The notes: a model not told the origin generated them from the letters alone. Shown: positions 28,188 through 38,032, numbered from the stretch's first letter. The stretch is DNA of 64,000 bases from Methanobacteriota archaeon (GCA_043799545.1 JAZDNO010000005.1:649-64648); one strand, 5' to 3'. A program made the numbers and translations.

Positions 28188-28742
28188 TCAATCCCCTCCC
28201 ACGGTCTTTTCTGAAAACTCGTGATCGTAACCTGCGGAGGTCATCAGCCCGATGGTCGCGCGCCTGCCGAGCCGGGCGACCGAGCCAGCTACCAGAGCTG
28301 TCAAAAGGAGGTCGCGCTCCCTTTCTCCAATAGCCTCGTTCTCATTAAGCGCCTTTAATGCCTGGCTTGCATTCGTGTTCAATAATCTGACGAGCGCCTC
28401 CCAATCCGCCCCCAGCACCCCGGCCAGCCGCTCCAAGAAACCGGCCAGCGCTCCTGGGTGGTTGATGATGGATGATGGTTTGCAGCCAGCTAGGTCTATC
28501 TCAATTTTGACATTGGATGCGACTAGCCTGTACTCGAACGCCTTGCGCCTTCCGGCACGAAGGCGCCTTTCCGCGATGCCTGCGCTCGCAAGAGCCGACA
28601 AATGGGCGACGGCCGTGGCTATGTGCAGGCTCAAATCCTCCGCAATTTCGCTCGCGCTTTTCCACTCGCTGGTCGACAGGGCACCCGCGATGCGCAGACC
28701 TCCCTTGCTGCCTAGGGCGTACAATTTTTCAACAGTGCTCAT
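28188..28742 (-). CDS. Winged-helix (ArsR-like) DNA-binding protein.
   Basis: N-terminal wHTH (LYALGSKGGLRIAGALSTSEWKSASEIAEDLSLHIATAVAHLSALASAGIAERR). The stop abuts the KaiC start. Confidence 0.5.
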   Translation of the reverse strand: MSTVEKLYALGSKGGLRIAGALSTSEWKSASEIAEDLSLHIATAVAHLSALASAGIAERRLRAGRRKAFEYRLVASNVKIEIDLAGCKPSSIINHPGALAGFLERLAGVLGADWEALVRLLNTNASQALKALNENEAIGERERDLLLTALVAGSVARLGRRATIGLMTSAGYDHEFSEKTVGGD

Positions 28743-28842
28743 GGGTTCACTTCAATTTTATTAAAGCTCGAAATAGTATTTATCGAGTACAAATAACGCA
28801 ACAATATATAAATAACTCTCGTCACACTTCAATTTTATTAAA

Positions 28843-31800
28843 CTAAAACTGTATTTTTCGTCGGATTCTGATTAATACCATTAATGAAGCAAGAATAGTG
28901 AGTGTTGGCACTGCGAAATCACCGAACTCTGGCACGACGACCATTGCCAAATCAGAGCTTCCGGGCAACGACCAACCGTTTGACGTTGTGTAATTGAGAT
29001 CGACAAGGTTGGAGATTATGCCCGACGGGCATGTCGCGTTTACCTGCACGGTGATGGTGAACGAGTATGCGCTAGGGGCAACGTTCGTGAAATGCCAGCT
29101 GTAAGTCAGACCGCTGCTCGACGACGGTGGAACGCTCGCTGACAGATACGTGACGCCGATAGGCAGAGTATCATTTATCCAAACATCCCCGGCGTTTCGG
29201 CTGCCTGTATTGTTATACCATATCGTATAGGTAATCAGGCCGCCCGCCTGCACGTCCGTAACATCCGCAACCTTGGCGACTGTTATCTGTGGGCGCCTGC
29301 AGGTGACGATGGCCGTGTCGGAGCTCGGCGTCATCGGCCTCTGCAGCTGGTCCGAGTAGGCAAGATTCGCCACGTTTGTCAGGACCGTGCCGTCGGCGAC
29401 CGTGGGGGCGATTGTCGCAAATAAGGCGATGGAATTGACAGAATCGTGAATTACATTTGCGAAGTACCAGGTCAGAAGTTGTCCGCTGACGGCTGCCGGC
29501 GCGACGCTGGCGCTGACGTACGTCATGCCCGCTGGTAGCGTGTCGTTCAACCACACGCGCTTCGCATTTCCGTCGCCGGTGTTGTTGTACCAGAGCGTGA
29601 ATGTGACGATGTCGCCGGGCGCTGCCTCGGCCAAAGAGGCCGTCTTTTCAACGCTCATCACCGGGCGCTTGCGGTCGTTAGGCGCCGCCGGAGTCGGCCC
29701 TTCGGGCACCAGCCAGCCGTTGTTGGAGATGTAGAAATCATTGGAATCGACCCCCGTGTCGAGCGGATAGCCCGTGTCCTCGTGCTTGAACCTGGACCAG
29801 GTCTGGGTTGCCAGGATGCCGCCTGGGTAATTGGTCTCGTCTATCGTGGTCCAGAAGAACCCCGTCTGCCTCTGAAGCCTAACCCGGCTCCCCCCATTTG
29901 GGAAGTCGTTGCCACCGCCGGTGTTGGCTACGAAATATTCCGAGCCAGAGCCCCAGGCACCGAGCACAGTGCCAGCCGGGAAGGTGTAGGCGGTTGAGAA
30001 GAAACCCACCCTGATGCGCCAGCCGCTGACGTCGACAGGCGAACCAGTGGGGTTGCACACTTCGACCCACTCGTTGGTGTCCCCCTGGACCGATATTTCA
30101 TTGATGACTATCCTCGACAGCGGATCCGTCACGACGACGGACGCCTGCGCAGTCGTGCGCGGCAGCGACGATCCAGCCAGGTTTTTGTAATCCCCCGTGA
30201 CCGTGTTCGTCAGGACCGTTCCGAGGGGAACCGCACTGCCTATTTGCGCTTGGACAGTTATGAAGTGGTTCCCCGGCGCCACGGCAACGAAGTGCCAGTA
30301 CTGGACTTGACCGGACGTGGCGTTCGGGAGGACGCTCGACGAAACAAAGGTCGTCCCGACCGGGAGAGTGTCGTTGAGCCATACGTGGCCTGCCTCGCCC
30401 GACCCCGTGTTGTTGTAATGTATTGTGTAGGTGATGTCGTCGCCGGGGCTGGGAGTGGGCACATCGACGACCTTCGCGACGGCGATGGATGGGGACGGCG
30501 CCGAAACGACGATGGTCCAGGCGCTGGAAGATGACGGCAGCTGGCGGGATGATTGGTCCGTGTAGGCGAGGGCCGCGACGTTGATGAGAGCCGTTCCGAC
30601 CGGCGTTGATGATGGAATGTGGGCGACCAGCGTCAGGAAATGAGCTCCTGGCGCCACGCTCGTGAAATACCAACCGTATGTCTGCCCCGCGACGGACACG
30701 TATGGTGTGCTGGACGAAACGTAGGTCATTCCGACGGGAAGCGTGTCGTTGAGCCAGACGTGCGCCGCGTTGCGGCTTCCTGTGTTGTTGTAATGGATGG
30801 TATAGGTGACGTCGTCCCCCGGCGCGGCTATGGAAAGGTCGGCGATCTTGACGACGGTTATCTGGGGCCGAACGCAAGTCACAGCCACAGCGTCCGAACT
30901 GGACGCCATCGGCCTGCGAAGCTGGTCCGAGTATGCCAGGCTCGCCGAGTTGGTGAGGACCGAGCCATCGACGACGGACAGATCGATGGTGGCGGAGACG
31001 CTGAGGGAGTTGACCGTGTCGTGGATCACGTTGGCGAAGTACCAGGTGAGCAGCTGGCCGTTTATCGAAGATGGGGCGACGCTGGCGCCAGCGTACGTCA
31101 TGCCCGTCGGCAGCGTGTCGTTGAGCCACACGTTCTTCGCGTTACCATCGCCTGTATTGTTGTACCACAGGGTGAACGTCACCAGGTCTCTGGGAGCCCC
31201 TTCAGGGGCGTTGCTCGATTTCTCGATGGCCATCACCGGGCGACTTCTGTCGTTGGGCGCGCCCCTCGTCGGCCCCTCGGGCACAACCCAGCCATTGTTC
31301 GAGATGTAGAAATCATTGGCGTCGTTGTTCGTGTCGACCGGCTGCCCGGTTTCCACATCCTTGAAGCGTGACCACGTCTGCCCGTTGACCGTCGCTGGGT
31401 AATTGGACCTGTCGATTTCGGCGCCGGTGCCCGTGGTCAGGCGGACGACGCCTCCCGCGTCTGGAAACCGGTTGTTCTGTGTCATGGTGGCAACTAGGTA
31501 TTCCGAACCCGAGCCCCAAGCTCCGATGGCGGTTCCCACAGGGAACGTGTACCTGAGTTGGTTGCCGGAATAGATGCGCCAGCCGCCTATGTTTATCGCA
31601 GAGCTTGTGGGGTTGCAGAGTTCGACCCACTCCGGGTTGGGCCTGGCTGCCAGCTCGTTTATTACTATCCTCGATGCGGGCGACGCGACCGTGACGGAAA
31701 CTTGCGATACTGTGGGCGGCAGCGAGACGCCCGCAGAGTCCTTGAATGCGCAAGTGACGAGGTTTGTCAGAATGGTTCCGGGCGCGACGCCAGCGCCCAC

Positions 31801-34800
31801 CTGTGCAGACAAGGTGACCTGGTAATTCCCCGGCGCGACATTCAGGAAGGACCAGAAGACGTTTTGGCCCGCGACGGTCGCGGGTGGTGGGGTGGCCGAG
31901 ACGTACGACATCCCGACAGGCAACGTGTCATTCAGCCAGACGTTCGAGGCCGTGCCGTCGCCGGTATTGTTGTAATATATCGTGAAATCGACGTAATCGC
32001 CTGGCGATGGCGTTGACGATAGGGCGACTTTTTTTACGGTTATCGACGGAAGAGGCGCCTGCACGGTCACAGTCCAGCTGTCTGTCGATGTGCCCAGGAA
32101 CCTCGAGAGCTGGTCGGTGTACTGAAGCTGGACGTTGTTGACGAGGACGGTTCCGCTCGTGACACCAGCATTAACGGTGGCGCTCACGGTGAACGAGTGC
32201 GTTCCCGGCACGACATTGTTGAAATACCAGCGGTAAGTCTGACCCGCGAAAGAGGCGTAGGGTACGCTTGAGGCGGAGTAGGTCGTGCCCGCCGGGAGCG
32301 TGTCGTTGACCCAAACGTGGCGCGCGTTGCCGTCGCCGGTATTGTTGTAGTAGATTGTGTAAACAATGGCCCCACCAGGCGGGGCTGTGACCCTGTCGCC
32401 CGCCTTGTCCACAGCAATCATCGGCGCGGTCCTGTCGTTGGGCGCCCTGAAGGTCGGCGAGTCAGATATGTAGTAGTCACCGACGGTGTCGGTGTCCATC
32501 GGCATCCCCCAAGTCGCGTTCTTGAAGCGTGCCCAGCTCTGGCCGGCGAGGAGCGCTCCGTATGTGAAGGAATCGACAGTGGCCCACGTCCCGGCCACTT
32601 GAAGGAGTATTGTCGCGCCGCCGTTGGGCAGCTCGTTCCCGTTTCCGTAGAACGTGGCGGCATAGTATTCGGTTCCCGAGCCGAACGCCCCCAGGATTGT
32701 GTTGGCGGGGAAAACGAACAGGTTCGAGCTCCCCATCCTCAGGCGCCAGCCGCCTATGTTTATCGGGGATGAAGTCGGGTTGCAGAGCTCTATCCACTCG
32801 CCGTTGTTCGGCAAAACCACAATCTCGTTTATCACTACGTTGTCCCCCGCGGGAGAGCGCGTCTGAGACACGAAGACTGAAGTCGAGAGCGCCCCGTCGC
32901 TCACATCCGAGCTTCCGTCTGAATCGCGCATCTCAACCGTCACCGCGGTCTGCGGTCCCACGAGCCATTGGGGCAACCGCCCCTCGAACCGCCAGAGGTC
33001 GTTGCCCACCGGAACATCCGGGTCAGTCTCCCTCCAGGGAATCCGGCCTTGGCCCGGGTCGTATGCCGCGAGGGAAGTTCCCAGAACAATCCCGCCCCGC
33101 CCCGTCACTACCAGGGCGTGGTCGGCTCCCAGCCCGCCTGGTACTCGCGCACCGGTCGAAGCGTTTCCGTCTGAGTCAATCCACAGCAGTAGCGAGTCCT
33201 CGCCGAGCCTCTCGCGCTCCCTTTCCGTGACTGGTCCGACATAGACGCCGGATGATACGTTCGCGAAAGGAGCGGGGAAATCGACTGGCGTGGTTGCGTT
33301 CAGCCACAGGTCGGGGCCGTAAGGATATTCGACGAGCCCGTCCCCGTCCTTATCGCCGTCCTCCATGGCATCGTTCACGCCGTCGTTGTCGAAATCGAAT
33401 GGCATGGGGTCCTGTCCGTTGGGCACGCCATCCATGTCGTTGTCGGAAGCGTTCCAGTCTGGTGCCGGAGCTGGGCTCCCGCCTTCCCTCCTGATGGAGT
33501 ACCTCGGGAAAGCCGAACCCCCTAGGGCTGTGCCCGAGACCTGCACGAAGAACTCGCCGCTGTCCAGCAAGGCTGACGAGACGAGGTCGACGTTCCGGTT
33601 CTCCAGCAGCCCGTTACCCAGGGTAGTCGTCACGTCACCAAGCGAATCGGGGGACTTGGGCACCCCGTTCCAGTCCGCGAAAGCGCCGTCGATGTGCACA
33701 TCCGTCCAAAGACCGAGGGAAATCGTCGATGGGGCGAGTTTCGAGATGTGCACGTCGCCCGCCTCCGCGCGCACGATGCGGCTCAGGGTCAGGCCAGTTG
33801 TGTTCGGCAAAACAGCGCCCTGGCCCGCACTGCCAGCAATGGTAATATTTACGACTTCGTCTTCCGCTAGGGCCAATGGCAGAGCGAACGTGATACCTAG
33901 GATGGCGTTGCTCTGGGACTGCGTGAATGCGAGGGGCTCGATCGCCCCGCCAGCGCGAATTGCCGCTATCGAAGAGACGGAAGTGGCGTCGGGGGCGTTG
34001 CCAATGCGCGTCAGCTCCAATCCCATGATGGAGGAAGCACCGCCAGAAGAATGCACCGTCACACGCTGCACCTCGAGCACTCCAGGTTCGGACAAAGACT
34101 CCGATTCCGGGCCGCGCTCGAAGGCTTTTGCCACCGCCAGGCCAGGGGACACCGGGGACTCGGCCATGTCCTGATAGCCGGAGCCGTCGCTCGTGCAGAC
34201 CAGCACCAGCGGCGAGGTGGCATTCGAGGGCAGAAACGCCTCGACCTCGACTTCAGAGTTCGAGACTGCAACGTTCGCCGCCGCGCCCGAGTCGAACCCG
34301 AGCCAGTTGGTCCTGTTCTTCGATCGGTCGAAAGCCCTCAGGACGGCGCCCCCGTCCCCGCGCCACCCGGAAACGTCAAGCAGATAGTCGGCACCAATAG
34401 AACCGATAGAATAACCCGTTAAAGCGTTCCTGTCCGCGTCGATGAATGCATACATGGACGCAGTGGAGTTCAGCTCGGGAGTATGCTGGCCGGCAAGGGC
34501 GCTCCCTCTCACCGAAGCATAAACGAAGAGCTTCTGGTTTTCATAACCAAGTTTAATCTGGTCGATTACAACATCGGCGTTCGCAGATGCGGGCGTGAGC
34601 GCATTGCGGTACCCGGCGACGTTCTCCCAGTCACCGAAGTATCCGTCCACGGAAAGCGTCGTGGCCCTGGGCTTTCCGAGGTCCAGCATGGGGGAGAACA
34701 TCATGAGAGCCACCGCAAGGGCCATGAGCCCGGCCATCCAGTGCCACTGGTTCCGCTGCTCATCCCTTCTCCGGTAAGGTGCAGGAGCGGTTCCGTTGAT

Positions 34801-37341
34801 GAATCCCGTGCCGTTTATCAGGCCGATGCCGTTGACGAGCCCGGCGCCGTTCACAAGGCCCTGGCCGTTCGTGAGGCCGCCCGAATATCCGAGGCCATTG
34901 ACCAGCCCGTTGACCTTGCCCCGTCCGTTGACAAGACCGTTGATGCGGCCGTTGGTCCTGCCACGGCCATTGACCAGCCCGTTAATCCTGCCGTTGGTCT
35001 TGCCGCGCCCGTTGACCATGCCATTGACTCGGCCATTGGTTCTGCCTCGTGCCAAACCGTTAACCATTCCGCCCACGGGCTTTCCCCTCTGACCCTGGGG
35101 CGTGCTGGAAACGCGAGATTTCGGTTGCTGCCCCGGCATGACTGCGGCCGTGGCCGGCTCCGTAAGCTCGCTGATTCGCTCGTACGACAGCCTTATCGCT
35201 TCATGGAACGACCTGGTGGCTTCGGCGCTCTGACCCCGCTTCTGCAACAGTTCCCCCCTCTCTTGCCAGAGTCTGTCGTTTTTCGGGTCGTTTTTAAGGG
35301 ATTCCTCTATGAACCAAAAGCGCGCGTCGAGATTCTCCAGGTCTCTGGACATCTCCTCCTCGTCGACCGCCCCCCCGGCGTCGCGCATCTTGGCAATCAA
35401 TTCCAGAGCTCTGGCCCGGTAATCTGTTTCGCGCTCCGGAGACAGTTCCGCGGCCTTGTCGAAGCAATGCATGGCTTCGTCCAGTTGCTCCGACGCCATC
35501 ATGGATACGCCGCGCTGGAACCAGTCGTCGGACGTCTTCGGCTCTTCGCTATTGGGCTCGGGCTTCGCTTCGCCGGGCAGTGTCTCTTTCTCTACTTTTT
35601 TCGTTACTGGCTTTGTTGTGGCGGTCACTTCGGCTTCCGGGGCGCCCATGCCGGACCAGCGCTGTATGAAATCCTTTGAAATGCCTCGCCTCTTGGATGA
35701 CGTATCTTGCCTCGACGTGTCTGGAACCTTCCCGTCCAGCTTCGCCGTGAGCTTGCTGATGCGGCAATCCAGGCACAGGCTCTCGCCCTCCTTGACACGT
35801 TTGCCGCAGACCTCGCAACCGCGCTCTAGCTCATTCTTTGCCAGCACTTCAACCAGTCGGCTACTTTCCCGTGTGCGCTCCCTGGCGGCGGGGGCGGTCT
35901 TCCCGCCCATGCCGATGGCATATTCCAGGGCTCCGCAGACGTTGCAGTATTCGCCCTCCCCCTCGTAGCCGTCCCCGCAAGTCTTACAGGTCTTCCCCGC
36001 CGGATGGCAAGCCGGGCATGCTGCACCGGCTGCTGTGATGGGCTTACCGCAGTCTGGACACAATGGTGGGGACGGTTCAGGGATGTTTATTTCCGGGGCG
36101 GGTCGGGCTATCTCTGTCTGGCTGAAATCCGCGCCGCAAGCCTGGCACCGGCTGGCCTTTTCCGAAAGGAAGGCTCCGCAGTCCGGGCAGAGGTATAACT
36201 CGACCGGCTCCTCTTCCTTCTCTGCGGGAGCCTTCTCGACGAGCGGCATCTCGACGCCGTCGTCGGGCTCGAAGACTGCTCCGCAGCTAGGGCATTTGTC
36301 CGCGCCTTCCGCAGCCAGCGAGCCGCAACCTGGGCAAATGAAGAGCGACTTTTTGTCCTTGTACCAGAACCCGTCCACATCCTTGCCAGCATCAGCCCCG
36401 GGTTCGGTTTTCTCGATTAGCGGCAGTTCGACCTGCTCATCATCGACGAATTCAACCCCGCACTTGGGGCACAGCTTCGAGCCGGCGGCGGCAAGCGAGC
36501 CGCAACCCGGGCACAGGAACAAGCTCGCACCAGCCTTGTACCAGTGACCGTCGACGTCCCCTTTGTCCTTGACCTCTGGACCGCTGGTAGTTTGCTGGGT
36601 CTCCATCTCCAAAGGCATCTCCACGGCTTCTTCTTCGACGAAATGGGCGCCGCAGCGCGGGCATCCCTTCGAGCCAGCAGCTGCCAGAGAGCCGCACGAC
36701 GGGCATAGGAAAAGTTTCGCCTCATCCTTGTACCAGAATCCGTCTTCCGCATCCTCTTTCTTGGTTTCCAAAGGAACCAATGGAATGTCCACCGTTTTTT
36801 CGTCCGGTTCGAAAACCGCTCCGCACGACGGACATTTTTGCGCATCCGCAGCCGCAAGAGATCCGCATGATGGACAAAGGAAGAGCTTTGCCTCGTCCTT
36901 GTACCAGAATCCGTCATGCGCTTTTTCTTCAATCTTGTCGGGCTCGGTTTCAAGCGGAAGCTCGACCTCGTCCCCTTCCTCGAAGTGCACGCCGCACTTG
37001 GGGCAGCTCGCCGCCCCAGACGATGCCAGGGAACCGCAGGCCGGGCATATGAAAAGGCTGGATTTTCCACTCGACCACCAGCTATCTGCTTCTTCTTTGG
37101 GCTTCTCTGCGCCGATGGCCTCCTTGGCCGCCTTGATGACGTTGTCCGCAAGCGCCAGGCCCATGCCGCCCACTTGTGCCAGGTCTTCGCGGTTGGCTGC
37201 GGCGATGTCGTCCAGAGTCTTGAACCCGGCGCCCTCCAACGCCTTGGCCCTCGATTTGCCCACGCCGGGCAGGGTTGTGAGCTTCCTTGTGGATTTGTCT
37301 TTCGACATCACCCATTCTATATTGGTCTCTATATAAACCAA
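28843..37341 (-). CDS. Giant (2832 aa) membrane protein 2, a paralog of giant protein 1: HhH, six zinc-ribbon repeats, VNG(L/R) repeats, TM, extracellular TSP3/three LTD/many DUF11 repeats, PEF-CTERM.
   Basis: Cytoplasmic part: N-terminal HhH pair (TLPGVGKSRAKALEGAGFKTLDDIAAANREDLAQVGGMG), six near-identical units DGFWYKDEAKLFLCPSCGSLAA…KCPSCGAVFEPDE, further Cys clusters, TPR-like helices, and VNG(L/R) repeats. TM helix MAGLMALAVALMMF. Extracellular part: a TSP3-like DNDMDGVPNGQD…DKDGDGLVE motif, three lamin-tail domains (e.g. RIVINELAARPNPEWVELCNPTSSAINIGGWRIYSG), at least eight DUF11 repeats (IVYTIYYNNTGDGNARHVWVNDTLP). The C-terminus VVVPEFGDFAVPTLTILASLMVLIRIRRKIQF is a PEF-CTERM signal. 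Confidence 0.8.
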   Translation of the reverse strand: MVYIETNIEWVMSKDKSTRKLTTLPGVGKSRAKALEGAGFKTLDDIAAANREDLAQVGGMGLALADNVIKAAKEAIGAEKPKEEADSWWSSGKSSLFICPACGSLASSGAASCPKCGVHFEEGDEVELPLETEPDKIEEKAHDGFWYKDEAKLFLCPSCGSLAAADAQKCPSCGAVFEPDEKTVDIPLVPLETKKEDAEDGFWYKDEAKLFLCPSCGSLAAAGSKGCPRCGAHFVEEEAVEMPLEMETQQTTSGPEVKDKGDVDGHWYKAGASLFLCPGCGSLAAAGSKLCPKCGVEFVDDEQVELPLIEKTEPGADAGKDVDGFWYKDKKSLFICPGCGSLAAEGADKCPSCGAVFEPDDGVEMPLVEKAPAEKEEEPVELYLCPDCGAFLSEKASRCQACGADFSQTEIARPAPEINIPEPSPPLCPDCGKPITAAGAACPACHPAGKTCKTCGDGYEGEGEYCNVCGALEYAIGMGGKTAPAARERTRESSRLVEVLAKNELERGCEVCGKRVKEGESLCLDCRISKLTAKLDGKVPDTSRQDTSSKRRGISKDFIQRWSGMGAPEAEVTATTKPVTKKVEKETLPGEAKPEPNSEEPKTSDDWFQRGVSMMASEQLDEAMHCFDKAAELSPERETDYRARALELIAKMRDAGGAVDEEEMSRDLENLDARFWFIEESLKNDPKNDRLWQERGELLQKRGQSAEATRSFHEAIRLSYERISELTEPATAAVMPGQQPKSRVSSTPQGQRGKPVGGMVNGLARGRTNGRVNGMVNGRGKTNGRINGLVNGRGRTNGRINGLVNGRGKVNGLVNGLGYSGGLTNGQGLVNGAGLVNGIGLINGTGFINGTAPAPYRRRDEQRNQWHWMAGLMALAVALMMFSPMLDLGKPRATTLSVDGYFGDWENVAGYRNALTPASANADVVIDQIKLGYENQKLFVYASVRGSALAGQHTPELNSTASMYAFIDADRNALTGYSIGSIGADYLLDVSGWRGDGGAVLRAFDRSKNRTNWLGFDSGAAANVAVSNSEVEVEAFLPSNATSPLVLVCTSDGSGYQDMAESPVSPGLAVAKAFERGPESESLSEPGVLEVQRVTVHSSGGASSIMGLELTRIGNAPDATSVSSIAAIRAGGAIEPLAFTQSQSNAILGITFALPLALAEDEVVNITIAGSAGQGAVLPNTTGLTLSRIVRAEAGDVHISKLAPSTISLGLWTDVHIDGAFADWNGVPKSPDSLGDVTTTLGNGLLENRNVDLVSSALLDSGEFFVQVSGTALGGSAFPRYSIRREGGSPAPAPDWNASDNDMDGVPNGQDPMPFDFDNDGVNDAMEDGDKDGDGLVEYPYGPDLWLNATTPVDFPAPFANVSSGVYVGPVTERERERLGEDSLLLWIDSDGNASTGARVPGGLGADHALVVTGRGGIVLGTSLAAYDPGQGRIPWRETDPDVPVGNDLWRFEGRLPQWLVGPQTAVTVEMRDSDGSSDVSDGALSTSVFVSQTRSPAGDNVVINEIVVLPNNGEWIELCNPTSSPINIGGWRLRMGSSNLFVFPANTILGAFGSGTEYYAATFYGNGNELPNGGATILLQVAGTWATVDSFTYGALLAGQSWARFKNATWGMPMDTDTVGDYYISDSPTFRAPNDRTAPMIAVDKAGDRVTAPPGGAIVYTIYYNNTGDGNARHVWVNDTLPAGTTYSASSVPYASFAGQTYRWYFNNVVPGTHSFTVSATVNAGVTSGTVLVNNVQLQYTDQLSRFLGTSTDSWTVTVQAPLPSITVKKVALSSTPSPGDYVDFTIYYNNTGDGTASNVWLNDTLPVGMSYVSATPPPATVAGQNVFWSFLNVAPGNYQVTLSAQVGAGVAPGTILTNLVTCAFKDSAGVSLPPTVSQVSVTVASPASRIVINELAARPNPEWVELCNPTSSAINIGGWRIYSGNQLRYTFPVGTAIGAWGSGSEYLVATMTQNNRFPDAGGVVRLTTGTGAEIDRSNYPATVNGQTWSRFKDVETGQPVDTNNDANDFYISNNGWVVPEGPTRGAPNDRSRPVMAIEKSSNAPEGAPRDLVTFTLWYNNTGDGNAKNVWLNDTLPTGMTYAGASVAPSSINGQLLTWYFANVIHDTVNSLSVSATIDLSVVDGSVLTNSASLAYSDQLRRPMASSSDAVAVTCVRPQITVVKIADLSIAAPGDDVTYTIHYNNTGSRNAAHVWLNDTLPVGMTYVSSSTPYVSVAGQTYGWYFTSVAPGAHFLTLVAHIPSSTPVGTALINVAALAYTDQSSRQLPSSSSAWTIVVSAPSPSIAVAKVVDVPTPSPGDDITYTIHYNNTGSGEAGHVWLNDTLPVGTTFVSSSVLPNATSGQVQYWHFVAVAPGNHFITVQAQIGSAVPLGTVLTNTVTGDYKNLAGSSLPRTTAQASVVVTDPLSRIVINEISVQGDTNEWVEVCNPTGSPVDVSGWRIRVGFFSTAYTFPAGTVLGAWGSGSEYFVANTGGGNDFPNGGSRVRLQRQTGFFWTTIDETNYPGGILATQTWSRFKHEDTGYPLDTGVDSNDFYISNNGWLVPEGPTPAAPNDRKRPVMSVEKTASLAEAAPGDIVTFTLWYNNTGDGNAKRVWLNDTLPAGMTYVSASVAPAAVSGQLLTWYFANVIHDSVNSIALFATIAPTVADGTVLTNVANLAYSDQLQRPMTPSSDTAIVTCRRPQITVAKVADVTDVQAGGLITYTIWYNNTGSRNAGDVWINDTLPIGVTYLSASVPPSSSSGLTYSWHFTNVAPSAYSFTITVQVNATCPSGIISNLVDLNYTTSNGWSLPGSSDLAMVVVPEFGDFAVPTLTILASLMVLIRIRRKIQF

Positions 37342-37402
37342 TTATAATGGGAGAAAAGAGATATGACGACATAAAATGGTCATAATGATTACAATATTTT
37401 GT

Positions 37403-38032
37403 TCATTGCCAAAAAAGTGTAACGTACGGGTTCAAGCCGAACCGCAACGTCGTCTGCCTGCCCTTCCCCCCGATTATCACGTAGACCTCCGCGGGATCGC
37501 TCTTAATCACCTTTGGCTGGAGACCCAGGACGGAAAGCTTCGAAAGGGTCCCGTCCAGCAGGCCCTTTCTGCGGTCAAGGTAGGCCTCTCCGGAATTGGA
37601 CAGCAGCTCGGAAGGGTAGTACCTCACGCTCCGCCCGTCGCGCGAAGTTAGGGCCAGCCCAAGCTTTCCGAGGTCCCGCAGAACCCTCGAGACCGATTGC
37701 CTCGAAGAGCCGAGCTTCAGGGCAAGTCCGTCTTGGGCGAGCCCGGGATTGGTAATCACCTCTCTCAGCGCGGCCCTCCTATCCTCATTGGCGAGGAAGG
37801 CGAAAATCTCGAATTCCTCATCCCTCAGCATCCCGACCGGATAATACGCGGCGTGGCCCTTGAAATTGCGCGCCGCCAGCAGTTCGGCCTTGGCGAGCTT
37901 CCTCAGGTGCCATTTAATCGATGCTGGGGACAGCGACATGGCGCTTGCGATTTGAGACCTGATGGAGCATGGCCTGTGCGAAAGGAACGAAAGGACTTCC
38001 GCGTCGTTCTCCGACATGGCAAGCCCGCGCAT
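37403..38032 (-). CDS. Transcriptional regulator with two winged-helix (MarR/ArsR-like) domains.
   Basis: First domain: VLSFLSHRPCSIRSQIASAMSLSPASIKWHLRKLAKAELL. Second domain: LREVITNPGLAQDGLALKLGSSRQSVSRVLRDLGKLGL. Confidence 0.55.
   Translation of the reverse strand: MRGLAMSENDAEVLSFLSHRPCSIRSQIASAMSLSPASIKWHLRKLAKAELLAARNFKGHAAYYPVGMLRDEEFEIFAFLANEDRRAALREVITNPGLAQDGLALKLGSSRQSVSRVLRDLGKLGLALTSRDGRSVRYYPSELLSNSGEAYLDRRKGLLDGTLSKLSVLGLQPKVIKSDPAEVYVIIGGKGRQTTLRFGLNPYVTLFWQ

Noticed and set aside
30098-31129. A 343-aa minus-strand ORF and several 150–400-aa plus-strand ORFs inside the giant-protein genes (e.g. 22877–24166, 34483–35679, 37962–39530).
   Set aside because: All are nested in or antisense to much longer ORFs with clear domain content. 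They are Arg/Pro/Gly-rich and typical of spurious frames in 60% GC DNA.
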